In this document: piece after piece, positions 35,116 to 43,252 of the stretch
Position numbering within the stretch: the first letter of the stretch is position 1
Layout of the letters: every line of letters begins with the position of its first letter
Source: a virus
Lineage: Duplodnaviria > Caudoviricetes
Reading direction: 5' to 3' (one strand)
IMG/VR virus record: IMGVR_UViG_3300010362_000026
Span: 1 to 48,594 of that record
Length of the DNA stretch: 48,594 nucleotides
Program-made: the position numbers and the translations under genes
The notes under the pieces: model-generated
What the model saw: only the letters and a program-made list of their open reading frames with translations
Databases searched by the model: none
Told to the model about the DNA's origin: nothing

Positions 35116-35352
35116 TTAAAACCGCGCTCGCGGTTTATCGTCTATCTTTACTCGGCGATAGACGTAGGGCCGTGTTTCCTGCCAGTCCCCTCTCATTCTG
35201 CTGTAATGCCTTCCGTGCGGCTTTTTCAGTTCGGCGATCTCTTCATTTAATGCAGTGATCTCCTTCTCCAGCCGACTGCTGTAGTCGAACATGGTCTGAA
35301 GATCGCCTCGTAGCCGCTCAATTTCCTGCCAAAGTTCTGATTTTGGTATCAT
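35116..35352 (-). CDS. Coiled-coil hypothetical protein
   Basis: ATGA overlap with the BrnA stop; heptad pattern. Confidence 0.6.
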   Translation of the reverse strand: MIPKSELWQEIERLRGDLQTMFDYSSRLEKEITALNEEIAELKKPHGRHYSRMRGDWQETRPYVYRRVKIDDKPRARF

Positions 35353-35582
35353 TTCTGCCTCTGCACATAGTCAGTCAGTACCTTGTTGATGCGGCCCTGC
35401 CAGTCCCTGCCGGTGCCTTTGAACCAGTCGACCACTTCCGGAGACAGCCGAATGGAAACATGCTCCTTGGCCTTCCGCCCTTCCACCGCGTCATTCTCAA
35501 TTGTTGCTATGTCGGGCTTTTCTGAAGTCGCCACCTTCCGTTTTGCCGCCCCCTTCTCTCCGAACTGACGTGAGATGCTCAT
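35349..35582 (-). CDS. BrnA-family antitoxin (RHH), orphan
   Basis: K..VSIRLSPEVVDWFK.TG..WQ.RIN..L; GAGGAG RBS before ATG 35582. Confidence 0.85.
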   Translation of the reverse strand: MSISRQFGEKGAAKRKVATSEKPDIATIENDAVEGRKAKEHVSIRLSPEVVDWFKGTGRDWQGRINKVLTDYVQRQK

Positions 35583-35612
35583 CTCGTCTCCTCTATCCAA
35601 TTTTCTGAAAGT

Positions 35613-35639
35613 GTAGCACAGATCGTGCTACTGTAGCAC
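35613..35639. promoter_or_regulatory. Operator-like GTAGCAC triple half-site upstream of brnA
   Basis: GTAGCAC-agatc-GTGCTAC-t-GTAGCAC. Confidence 0.55.
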
Positions 35640-36114
35640 AATTTTCCCACCAATTTTGCGCAGAATTTTTGCGAAACCCGGCTTTTCCGAACCCTGAAAA
35701 CCCCGGATTTGTGGTGGGTGGTTGTGTGGGTTAGTTATATTTATGCGCATGCCCACGCGCACACGAATGCTCCCCCCGCCCGTGGGTGCACCCACCCATA
35801 CCTAGCATTCATGCTAGGTCTAGGCCTACCTCAACCCATTGAAATCGTTGGGTTTTCTGCCCTCAGACACATTGTCCTGCCCTGCCAAGATCGTTCGAAA
35901 CGAACGATCTTCATGCGAGCGAGAGCTTGGCATCATGCAATCCCAAACTCAGAGCAAGCTCTGCTCCAACCATCGCAATAGATGGTCACCATATCCTATG
36001 ACCCTCAACCCCTTTGGGGTTAGTGCCGATAGTGTATTGGTTCTTGGTTGTCGGGGGAACGCCGCTGCTATCGCGCTACTCGCTTCGGCATTGCGCAGGG
36101 AGCTTGCTCCCTGC

Positions 36115-36654
36115 TTAATGCCTTGCTCCGTTGCTCTTTGCCGGATCGAACAGCAAAGCAAGCTTTGCCCTCAGCTCCATCTCGATCTCGTTCGGGCTTC
36201 TGTCCTCATTGCCTTCCTGTTTCGTTACTTCACGAAACATTCCGACAATGTCCATCTTGCCTAACGCAATCAGCGCCGAAATCCGCTCGGAAGGCTTCGC
36301 CTCCGGATTTCTCGACTCCGCCATCAACCCATTGAAGACATGCCTTCTGATGGCTATGCCATCCCTCAGCATCGAAGCTTGGATCGCCTTGAGCAGTTGC
36401 TCAATCCTTGCCGCAACCTTCGGCACCTTGGCAAGCTTGCTTGCCGCCCGATTGACCGTCGTCGCCGTCCCATTTGTCGCAAAAGCCCCGCGATAGGCAT
36501 CGCTCAGCTTTTCGCCGTTCGAAACAAGCTGGGCAAATGCTTCCTGCTTCGCCGTCAACCCGTTCAGATCGTAGCGGTTCACCCGATTGGCCTGCACCAA
36601 ACCGCTGAGGAATCTGCCCTTTGCCGATTGTCCAGCCATCAGACCTATTGCCAA
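36115..36654 (-). CDS. terS: Terminase small subunit
   Basis: LTAKQEAFAQ....G...SDAYR.AF......ASKL...PKV.ARI..L HTH; RISAL..LGK..GMF. Confidence 0.75.
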   Translation of the reverse strand: MAIGLMAGQSAKGRFLSGLVQANRVNRYDLNGLTAKQEAFAQLVSNGEKLSDAYRGAFATNGTATTVNRAASKLAKVPKVAARIEQLLKAIQASMLRDGIAIRRHVFNGLMAESRNPEAKPSERISALIALGKMDIVGMFREVTKQEGNEDRSPNEIEMELRAKLALLFDPAKSNGARH

Positions 36655-36802
36655 CCTACTTCGTAGCCCGACAATAGCATTTTCCCGACAAAACCGGAAT
36701 TCTCATGCGCCAGCATGATGCGCCTCATGACGCGCCCTTTCTTCACGCCTGTTTCCACGCGCGGCCTTCGGCTCCCGCGCCGAAATCGCGCACCGAAAGA
36801 GG

Positions 36803-36830
36803 TTGACAAAAATCGTTCGATGGGGAAAAT
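36803..36830 (+). promoter_or_regulatory. Sigma70-like early promoter
   Basis: Perfect TTGACA, 16-nt spacer, GAAAAT; sits at the strand switch. Confidence 0.55.
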
Positions 36831-36834
36831 GGTT

Positions 36835-37175
36835 GTCAGGTTGCCGTTGTGAAACGCCAGCCAAAACGGAAAGCCGGATGGCTCCCGTAGGAACCGAGAG
36901 AAAACTCGGTGCCGCTTCGAAAGCTGTGAAGCTCCGAAGGAGAAGGCGAAAAAACCGGACGGGGAGTTTCCCTGATCATGCTCGGTGCCGCAGAACTCCG
37001 CAGTGATTGCGCTGGTTCTGGATCGATGGCGGGGTTCAAATGATCGGCGAGGTTTCTGCGGTCGTTGCTGAAAGCAATCGGAAGGTGATGTTCAGCGCTG
37101 GTATTCCTCACTGGATTGTAGCGTGGAAATACGTGTCAAGCTGAAAGCTGCCGTGTTTCCATTGTGCAATCCATC
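36835..37175 (+). ncRNA. Large multi-domain structured leader RNA (candidate novel ncRNA)
   Basis: No credible ORF; many stems with GAAA/GNRA-type loops and long-range pairings. Confidence 0.55.
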
Positions 37176-37192
37176 AACAGGAGAACTTAGCT

Positions 37193-37774
37193 ATGGCTAA
37201 GAACGTGAAGAATACCTCGACCAAGACCGAAGAAACTGCCGAGGACAAGCTTGCGCATTTCAAGGAAAACCTTGAAATGCACACTGTCGAGGTGATCGGC
37301 GGCAAAAAGTTCGAAGTCGGCCTTAAGGCCGATTGCACCAAGGTGATCTTCTCACCCAAGTATCGTCGGATTTTCGCCGTGCTGTCTTTCCCCAACGGGG
37401 AAAACGCAACGATCTCTCCGGAACATCTGAAGGCCGTCAAGGCCTTGAGCCCGGCGACCAAGGCCACCGTGGAGGCTCGCAACGAGGATGAACAGAGTAA
37501 TACTCTGTACATCCCCGGCAAGATCGTCGGCAAGGAAGGCGAGAAATCGTTCTTCTTTCGCTATGGCGAAAAGTTCACGGCGGATCGACTGCCGAAATCG
37601 CTCGCCGAGATCGTCCATGAGAACGATGATGGCTCTGTCATCATCGCTCTGACGACGTGGAAGGCTCGGCAGCTCTGCAATAATGCAGAGATGTTCGCCA
37701 GATTGGTCGAGAAACAGGCGGTTTACGACAAGATCGTAAATCCGCCGAAGCAGACCGCAAAAAAGACCAAGTAA
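37193..37774 (+). CDS. Early hypothetical protein
   Basis: CAGGAG RBS; 193 aa, Lys/Glu-rich. Confidence 0.8.
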   Translation: MAKNVKNTSTKTEETAEDKLAHFKENLEMHTVEVIGGKKFEVGLKADCTKVIFSPKYRRIFAVLSFPNGENATISPEHLKAVKALSPATKATVEARNEDEQSNTLYIPGKIVGKEGEKSFFFRYGEKFTADRLPKSLAEIVHENDDGSVIIALTTWKARQLCNNAEMFARLVEKQAVYDKIVNPPKQTAKKTK

Positions 37775-37783
37775 TTGGTCTTT

Positions 37784-37854
37784 GGAGCGGGGAGAAATCC
37801 CCGCTCCTTTGCGATCTACAGTCAATCAGTGACTGTAGATTTCAGAGGAGCCAC
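37784..37854 (+). repeat. Early intergenic double-hairpin element, copy 1
   Basis: GGAGCGGGGA-GAAA-TCCCCGCTCC; 11-bp stem ATCTACAGTCA/TGACTGTAGAT; ends GAGGAGCCAC. Confidence 0.85.
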
Positions 37855-37860
37855 CTTGAA

Positions 37861-38055
37861 ATGTCGCTAGAAACTCTTGAAAGCGTACTCGAAACCTTGG
37901 TTTCGGAACGTCTTTTCTACATGAGAGAAGCGAAACGCTATCCAGAGCTTAAGCTCTGGAATGTCGTGAGTGATCGAAACCGCCGCATCAAACTCTGCAA
38001 AGAGCAGATTTTGAGAACACGGTTTCGGCAGAACAACGCAATGGCTGCCGAATAG
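37861..38055 (+). CDS. Early hypothetical protein
   Basis: Follows the RBS of element 1. Confidence 0.7.
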   Translation: MSLETLESVLETLVSERLFYMREAKRYPELKLWNVVSDRNRRIKLCKEQILRTRFRQNNAMAAE

Positions 38056-38060
38056 CAGCC

Positions 38061-38134
38061 ATGGGGAGGAGAAATCCTCCCCATTCGCTCTTGCGAGAAG
38101 TACTAGATAGGCTAGTACTTCTTTGAGGAGCCAC
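38061..38134 (+). repeat. Early intergenic double-hairpin element, copy 2
   Basis: ATGGGGAGGA-GAAA-TCCTCCCCAT; 11-bp stem AGAAGTACTAG/CTAGTACTTCT; ends GAGGAGCCAC. Confidence 0.85.
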
Positions 38135-38138
38135 GAAA

Positions 38139-38450
38139 ATGCTCAATATCGGAACCATTTCTCACGGTACCATGCGCACTCAGGATTTGCTGGTCAGCTT
38201 CGCAGAAGCTTACAAGCAATACTGCAGCGGGCCGAGTTTCGACGGGCTGCTTTGGGCTGAAGCCCAAGGTTATGCGAGCCTTCTGAAGCATGAGAATGTT
38301 TCGGATGATTGCTGGTACAGAGCCCATGGCGTTCTGGATGATCTGTTTGATCGTCTGGACGAATTGGCTGGCCGCTATGACTGCTACTTCGGTACTACCG
38401 AGGGCGACGGATCGGATTTCGGCTTCTGGCCGATAGCGGATGACGAATAG
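38139..38450 (+). CDS. Early hypothetical protein (acidic)
   Basis: GTISHGT.R.QDL...LFD.L......YFG..EGDGSDFGFW. Confidence 0.8.
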   Translation: MLNIGTISHGTMRTQDLLVSFAEAYKQYCSGPSFDGLLWAEAQGYASLLKHENVSDDCWYRAHGVLDDLFDRLDELAGRYDCYFGTTEGDGSDFGFWPIADDE

Positions 38451-38457
38451 TCATCCT

Positions 38458-38531
38458 AGAGCGGGGAGAAATCCCCGCTCTCTCTTGCGAGCTACAGCAA
38501 ATCGTTGCTGTAGCTTTGAGGAGAGAGCCAC
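38458..38531 (+). repeat. Early intergenic double-hairpin element, copy 3
   Basis: AGAGCGGGGA-GAAA-TCCCCGCTCT; 11-bp stem AGCTACAGCAA/TTGCTGTAGCT; ends GAGGAGAGAGCCAC. Confidence 0.85.
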
Positions 38532-38532
38532 A

Positions 38533-38787
38533 ATGATGGTTACCACCAAAGCTCAACGCAAAGCGTTGAAACGGGTTTTTGATCGCTGTCCTTTGTTCAT
38601 TCTTTGGAATGGACAAACTTGGATGCCGACCAATGCCGAGGGTTGGAACGCTCATAAGCGTTCCACTCAGCCGGATATGACCTACCGGCAATTCCGCAAG
38701 CTGGCCATAGCAAGCTATGGCTGCATCATGGTTCCATGGTGCGGAATGTGGCTCGGCATTGAGCCGGACGGCTACACACACAGCTGA
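38533..38787 (+). CDS. Early hypothetical protein
   Basis: Start moved to 38533; TYRQFR...MV.W.GMWLGIEPDGYTHS. Confidence 0.8.
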   Translation: MMVTTKAQRKALKRVFDRCPLFILWNGQTWMPTNAEGWNAHKRSTQPDMTYRQFRKLAIASYGCIMVPWCGMWLGIEPDGYTHS

Positions 38788-38792
38788 GAACT

Positions 38793-38869
38793 GGCGGGGC
38801 GAAAGCCCCGCCTATTCACTCTTGTTTCAAGTAATGGATAGGCCATTACTTGATTGAGGAGTGAGCCAC
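38793..38869 (+). repeat. Early intergenic double-hairpin element, copy 4
   Basis: GGCGGGGC-GAAA-GCCCCGCC; 11-bp stem TCAAGTAATGG/CCATTACTTGA; ends GAGGAGTGAGCCAC. Confidence 0.85.
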
Positions 38870-39043
38870 ATGAAAACATGTCCTTGCGGATCGGGCAAAT
38901 ATCGTGAAGAACTTCACGATGCTCGCGGCATCTTCTGCTGCTTCTACTGCGAAGATTGCGAGAAGGAAAAGCGCTCGCGCTATCGTCAAGACGTTCTTGA
39001 CGATCCGAACTACTGGCATGACGAGCCGATAGACGAGGAATAA
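38870..39043 (+). CDS. Small Zn-binding early protein (SEC-C-like CPCGSG)
   Basis: MKTCPCGSGK....DARGI.C..C..C. Confidence 0.75.
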   Translation: MKTCPCGSGKYREELHDARGIFCCFYCEDCEKEKRSRYRQDVLDDPNYWHDEPIDEE

Positions 39044-39054
39044 CCAGCGAAATC

Positions 39055-39087
39055 AAGGGGTTGCGCGCAAGCGCAGCCCCTTTTTTT
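39055..39087 (+). terminator. Intrinsic terminator ending the early cluster
   Basis: GGGGTTGCGC-GCAA-GCGCAGCCCC followed by T7. Confidence 0.85.
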
Positions 39088-39120
39088 GTGCTTTCGCGCG
39101 CGGGAGGGCCAGCGCCTTCT

Positions 39121-39166
39121 GAAATCACAGCTTACGCTTTCCGGAAATCACAGCCTACGCTTTGCG
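39121..39166 (+). repeat. Tandem 23-bp direct repeat, two copies
   Basis: GAAATCACAGCTTACGCTTTCCG / GAAATCACAGCCTACGCTTTGCG. Confidence 0.8.
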
Positions 39167-39254
39167 GTGGACATTCAGGTGATCCCACCCCATGATAAAA
39201 ATCGACCGATTTGGAGACAATGCAATGAGGGAAATATCCGAAGGACAATACATT

Positions 39255-39800
39255 ATGGGGCGAATACCCGATGACCGTCCCAAACGCCAATGTGGCGACT
39301 GCCAGCTATGCTGCAAGCTGGTGCCGGTGAAGCCCTTGGACAAGGGAGCGAACCAGCGCTGTCGGCATCAGAAAGCCCATAAGGGCTGCATGATCTATGC
39401 TGAACGGCCAATTGAGTGCCGGTTGTGGTCCTGTGCGTGGCTGACCGGCCCGGACACGGAGAACTTGAGCCGCCCGGACCGCTCGCATTACTGCATCGAT
39501 CCGATGCCGGATTTCGTCAGCGTCACCTCCGGGGACAGGCAATGGAACCAGAAGGTCATCCAAGTATGGTGCGATCCCAGATACCCCGATGCATGGCGTG
39601 ATCCAGCATTGCTGAAATTCATCGAACTCTACGGCAAAGGCGGCTTCGGTGCCATCGTCAGGTTCAGCAATCACGACGCCGTAATAGCTTTCCCGCCGAC
39701 ACTCACCGGCTACCCGGACTGGGTGTTCCACTCCGACAGCATGGCTGACCACGAGCATAGCGTCGAGGAAGTCTTGTCGGTACTTGGGTTGACTGGATAA
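39255..39800 (+). CDS. YkgJ-like CxxCxxCC cysteine-cluster protein
   Basis: RQCGDCQLCCK...C.H...GC.IYA.RP..C..W.C.WL; start uncertain (39192-39255). Confidence 0.75.
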   Translation: MGRIPDDRPKRQCGDCQLCCKLVPVKPLDKGANQRCRHQKAHKGCMIYAERPIECRLWSCAWLTGPDTENLSRPDRSHYCIDPMPDFVSVTSGDRQWNQKVIQVWCDPRYPDAWRDPALLKFIELYGKGGFGAIVRFSNHDAVIAFPPTLTGYPDWVFHSDSMADHEHSVEEVLSVLGLTG

Positions 39801-39892
39801 TAGTCATATGCGATAACACTGGCGGCTGGCACCGACGTGCCTGAACAACACGTCACCCCCAAGCCCCCCCGCTTCAGGTGTCAGCTAACACG

Positions 39893-39927
39893 GAACCCCA
39901 CGGTTAACCCGCCGTGGGGTTCTTTTT
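39893..39927 (+). terminator. Intrinsic terminator upstream of the primase-helicase
   Basis: GAACCCCACGG/CCGTGGGGTTC followed by T5. Confidence 0.75.
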
Positions 39928-40036
39928 ATGTTCCATACTTCGAACGACTTTTATCCTTTGCCGGTTGATTGGTTCAGCGGCCGGGGAGTACAATGAAACC
40001 TCTCATTTGTTAATCCGAGAACGAGGGGTTCCCGAC

Positions 40037-41881
40037 ATGGAATTTGCAGCGGAACACAAGGAGCAATTGCGTCTTTGGGCACGCAGCCAAGGCTCTGGAA
40101 CCTTCAGGATACGCTGCTTCCAGTGCGCCGACGACCGCAAGCGGGCCAACCAGAAAGTCAGAACGCTCAACGTCACGGTGGATCAAGAGCACGCGGTTTA
40201 CCGTTGCTGGCATTGCGAAGCACAAGGTGCCGTGCGCTTGGTCGATCTTGACAAACCGTTTGTCCCGGCAAAGCCGAAGCCGAAAATCGGCGTGGTCAGG
40301 CATCTCGACACCAGACTGGATGCACTGGCGCTGGCCTTCCTCAAAGGCAGGGCGATCTCGCCCGAGACTGCCAAACGCTATGGCTGCGTCTCGGCGCTGG
40401 CCTATTTCCCCGACAAACGCCGCGAAATGTCGGGCATAGCCGTTCCCTACGTCATAGACGCCCGCCTGATGGGCAACAAGATCAGGGCGGTGGAAGACAA
40501 GGCTCTGGTCTGCGATGCCTCCCTGACAGCGCTCTGTGGCCTGCAGAACGTCGATATGGATGCCAGCGCCGATTTCATCATCTGCGAGGGCGAACTCGAC
40601 ATGCTCTCATGCGCCGAAGCTGGCATTGCCAATCCGACATCCGTGCCCAACGGTGCCTCAAGCTTTGTCCGCGACGACAAGACCGACGACAGGTCGACAA
40701 TGGCCTTCCTGTGGACGGCCAAGGCCAAGATCGACAAGGCCAAGAGAGTGATCCTCGCCACCGATGCCGACGATCCCGGCGAGAAGCTGGCCGAAGAACT
40801 GGCACGGCGGATCGGCAAGCACAAATGCTGGAAGGTCAGCTATCCCGACGATTGCAAGGACGCCAACGATGTCTTGGTCAAGCACGGCAAACAGGCCCTT
40901 GTCGACATGATCGCCAAGGTCGAGCCGTGGCCAATCGAAGGACTTTACGAGGCCACGCTCTATGTCCCGGCGATGATGGAGCTTTACGAGAATGGTCCCG
41001 GCGAACGTATCCTGCCCGGATTGGGGCCGGTCGATGACCTGTATTCGGTGGCACCGGGGCTTTTGACCGTGATCACCGGTATCCCCGGTCACGGCAAATC
41101 GACGTTCACCGATCAGCTGATGGTCAATCTCGCCCGCAAATACGATCACGCTTTCGCCATCTGCTCATTCGAAAACCCCATCCACGTCCATCTCGCCAAG
41201 ATCGCGGAGATGCTTCTGCAAAAGCATTTCTTCGAGGACGAGGTCGGCGAGAAGATGAGCCGCACCGAGTTGGAAAGTGTGTTGCCGTTCATAACTGATC
41301 ATTTCAAGTTCCTCAATCAGGACGATGGAAAAAAGGCAACGCTGGACAGCATCATAGAACGCATCAAGACTGCCGTTTTTCGCTGGGGCATTCATGGTGC
41401 CGTGGTCGATCCTTACAATTACATTGCCCGCCCCAAAAACATGGACCGCGAAACCGAATGGATTGATGACATGCTGACGCAGTTGCGGCTGCTCGCACAG
41501 TTCCACGGCATTCATCTATGGCTGGTCGCGCACCCGACCAAGCTGCCGATGCTGGAGGATGGCACCTACAAGCCGCCGCGCGGCTATTCGATATCCGGAT
41601 CAAATGCTTGGTATGCCAAGGCCGATTTCGGATTGACCGTGCACAAGGACGCGGAGCGCGCCGGTCTGGTCCACCTGATCAACTGGAAAACGCGGTTCGA
41701 CTGGCTGGGCCGCGAAGGCGATTGCAGCATTCTCTACGACACCCAGTCAAATACCTACTTGACGAGCGGTATCAACGACATGCATCCCTATGCTCCGGAC
41801 AACGTGACCAGCTTTCCCGGTGGCAAGGTGCCGACCTACCGTCGCGCAAAGGGCAGATATGCGGAGGAAGACGAGGAGTGA
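40037..41881 (+). CDS. DNA primase-helicase (T7 gp4/Twinkle-like)
   Basis: Zn finger CFQC...CWHC; TOPRIM ICEGELD / ATDAD; Walker A GIPGHGKST; VVDPYN and VAHPTK. Confidence 0.92.
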   Translation: MEFAAEHKEQLRLWARSQGSGTFRIRCFQCADDRKRANQKVRTLNVTVDQEHAVYRCWHCEAQGAVRLVDLDKPFVPAKPKPKIGVVRHLDTRLDALALAFLKGRAISPETAKRYGCVSALAYFPDKRREMSGIAVPYVIDARLMGNKIRAVEDKALVCDASLTALCGLQNVDMDASADFIICEGELDMLSCAEAGIANPTSVPNGASSFVRDDKTDDRSTMAFLWTAKAKIDKAKRVILATDADDPGEKLAEELARRIGKHKCWKVSYPDDCKDANDVLVKHGKQALVDMIAKVEPWPIEGLYEATLYVPAMMELYENGPGERILPGLGPVDDLYSVAPGLLTVITGIPGHGKSTFTDQLMVNLARKYDHAFAICSFENPIHVHLAKIAEMLLQKHFFEDEVGEKMSRTELESVLPFITDHFKFLNQDDGKKATLDSIIERIKTAVFRWGIHGAVVDPYNYIARPKNMDRETEWIDDMLTQLRLLAQFHGIHLWLVAHPTKLPMLEDGTYKPPRGYSISGSNAWYAKADFGLTVHKDAERAGLVHLINWKTRFDWLGREGDCSILYDTQSNTYLTSGINDMHPYAPDNVTSFPGGKVPTYRRAKGRYAEEDEE

Positions 41882-42392
41882 AGCCAAAGATTTCGGAACT
41901 GCCGAGATCGCCAGACGCTTCACGGTCGTTCCCCGCTACTCAGGAAGCGGTTTCACGGCAAAGGTGGTCGATGATACCGAGCTGGATCAACTACTCTATC
42001 ACGACACCATCACCTCGCTGGAACATTCGATCCTGATCGCCCTGCTGAAGCGCCTGCAGCGCGCCGAATTCTTCGGCGTGAAATCGGTCGATCTGCAGCG
42101 CGAAACGGTCGGCGATCCAACCCGCGCCGCCGATAGAAAGGTCCAGTCGGTCATCGGCTGCTGCAAGCTGATCGCGGCAATGGACAGGACCATGGGCCGC
42201 GCCCAGCGCATGGCGCTGATCGATCTGCTGATCTTGGATCGTCAATGGCCGTTCGCCCCGGCCTCACTTCACGACGCTATAGCTACCCTCCAGCGTCTCT
42301 TCAGCGACTGGCAACGGCCACTCGGCCGCACGCAATCTGTCGAGCAGACGGTCGCGCTCCGGATGGATGGGCACCGCTTGGTTGGCGCGTAG
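41859..42392 (+). CDS. Hypothetical protein
   Basis: Overlaps the helicase end; MRRKTRSEAKDFGT.E; start uncertain. Confidence 0.6.
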   Translation: MRRKTRSEAKDFGTAEIARRFTVVPRYSGSGFTAKVVDDTELDQLLYHDTITSLEHSILIALLKRLQRAEFFGVKSVDLQRETVGDPTRAADRKVQSVIGCCKLIAAMDRTMGRAQRMALIDLLILDRQWPFAPASLHDAIATLQRLFSDWQRPLGRTQSVEQTVALRMDGHRLVGA

Positions 42393-42554
42393 ATTGCTCG
42401 AAAACGAAACCACCGCGCCGGGAAGCACGGTGGCCATATGCAGTTCAGCAAGTATTTGCACGGCTTGGGCACGTGGAAAGTATCCGGTCTTTATTAGCGC
42501 CGTTCTTTCTTTTCCCTGTTCGATGATGACCGCAAACCGCATGCCCCTAGCATA

Positions 42555-42938
42555 TCACGGCAGCGGCCAGACCTGACAACCAGCCAGCCTGCCCCTTTGC
42601 TCGGCGGTGCCGATATCCTGCCCGCGCTCCAGCCACAAATCCGAACAGATTTCCTCGACCGAACGCAGATCGTAGCTGGCGCTCGGGTCTTGCCTGACAA
42701 ACATCGACGTGAGCAGTGACATCGAAGTGAGCGAGACGATGATGTGAACCTCGCCCGCATAGGCATGGTCGTATTGCGGAGGCGGCACCAGAACCGAAGC
42801 GAACGGCTGGTGCCTCCAGCCATTGCAATGGGCGATCTCGTGCCTGAGAACGGCCGGATCACCATTGGTGACGACGATGCATTGCGTGGGATAACTGTAG
42901 CCTGTGAGCGTTATTGCCAATACAGCGAGACTGATCAT
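42555..42938 (-). CDS. Hypothetical secreted protein with HExxH motif
   Basis: Hydrophobic N-terminus; VLRHEIAHCNGW. Confidence 0.6.
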   Translation of the reverse strand: MISLAVLAITLTGYSYPTQCIVVTNGDPAVLRHEIAHCNGWRHQPFASVLVPPPQYDHAYAGEVHIIVSLTSMSLLTSMFVRQDPSASYDLRSVEEICSDLWLERGQDIGTAEQRGRLAGCQVWPLP

Positions 42939-43141
42939 TTAATCGGCTCCGCCACTTTTAACAGCAACGATGCAATGTATAAGACATCAGCCGGATCGAT
43001 GATCATCATATGATCTCTGTTGTCCATGTGAAATATTATCTGTATTTTGCCATCAGGTCTTGCATCGACGGTTCGCGTTTTCGATGCCAACCTGTATTTC
43101 TCGCCTCTATGGTCACGCTTGTATATCTCAATGTTGGTCAT
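42935..43141 (-). CDS. Hypothetical protein
   Basis: ATGA overlap with the downstream gene; GGAGG upstream. Confidence 0.55.
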   Translation of the reverse strand: MTNIEIYKRDHRGEKYRLASKTRTVDARPDGKIQIIFHMDNRDHMMIIDPADVLYIASLLLKVAEPIK

Positions 43142-43252
43142 TTCAGTAACGCCTCCACATATGGACCGAGATAGCCAGCCGCCACGAGAATGGCGAGGGC
43201 TATCGCGACATGTCTCAGGATCAGATCGTAGTGTGTCATTTGATCCCCTCTT

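Noticed and set aside
36960-37060. GGTTCAAAT (T-loop-like) and CTGATCA (hammerhead-core-like) within the structured leader
   Set aside because: No T-stem or cloverleaf; the hammerhead core needs CUGAnGA.
37784-38869. CRISPR array interpretation of the four repeated elements
   Set aside because: The elements differ in sequence, are 70-80 nt long and are separated by whole genes; no cas genes.
42264-42542. 92-aa minus-strand ORF
   Set aside because: Overlaps the convergent gene 41859..42392 by ~130 nt and has no clear RBS or motif; left uncalled.
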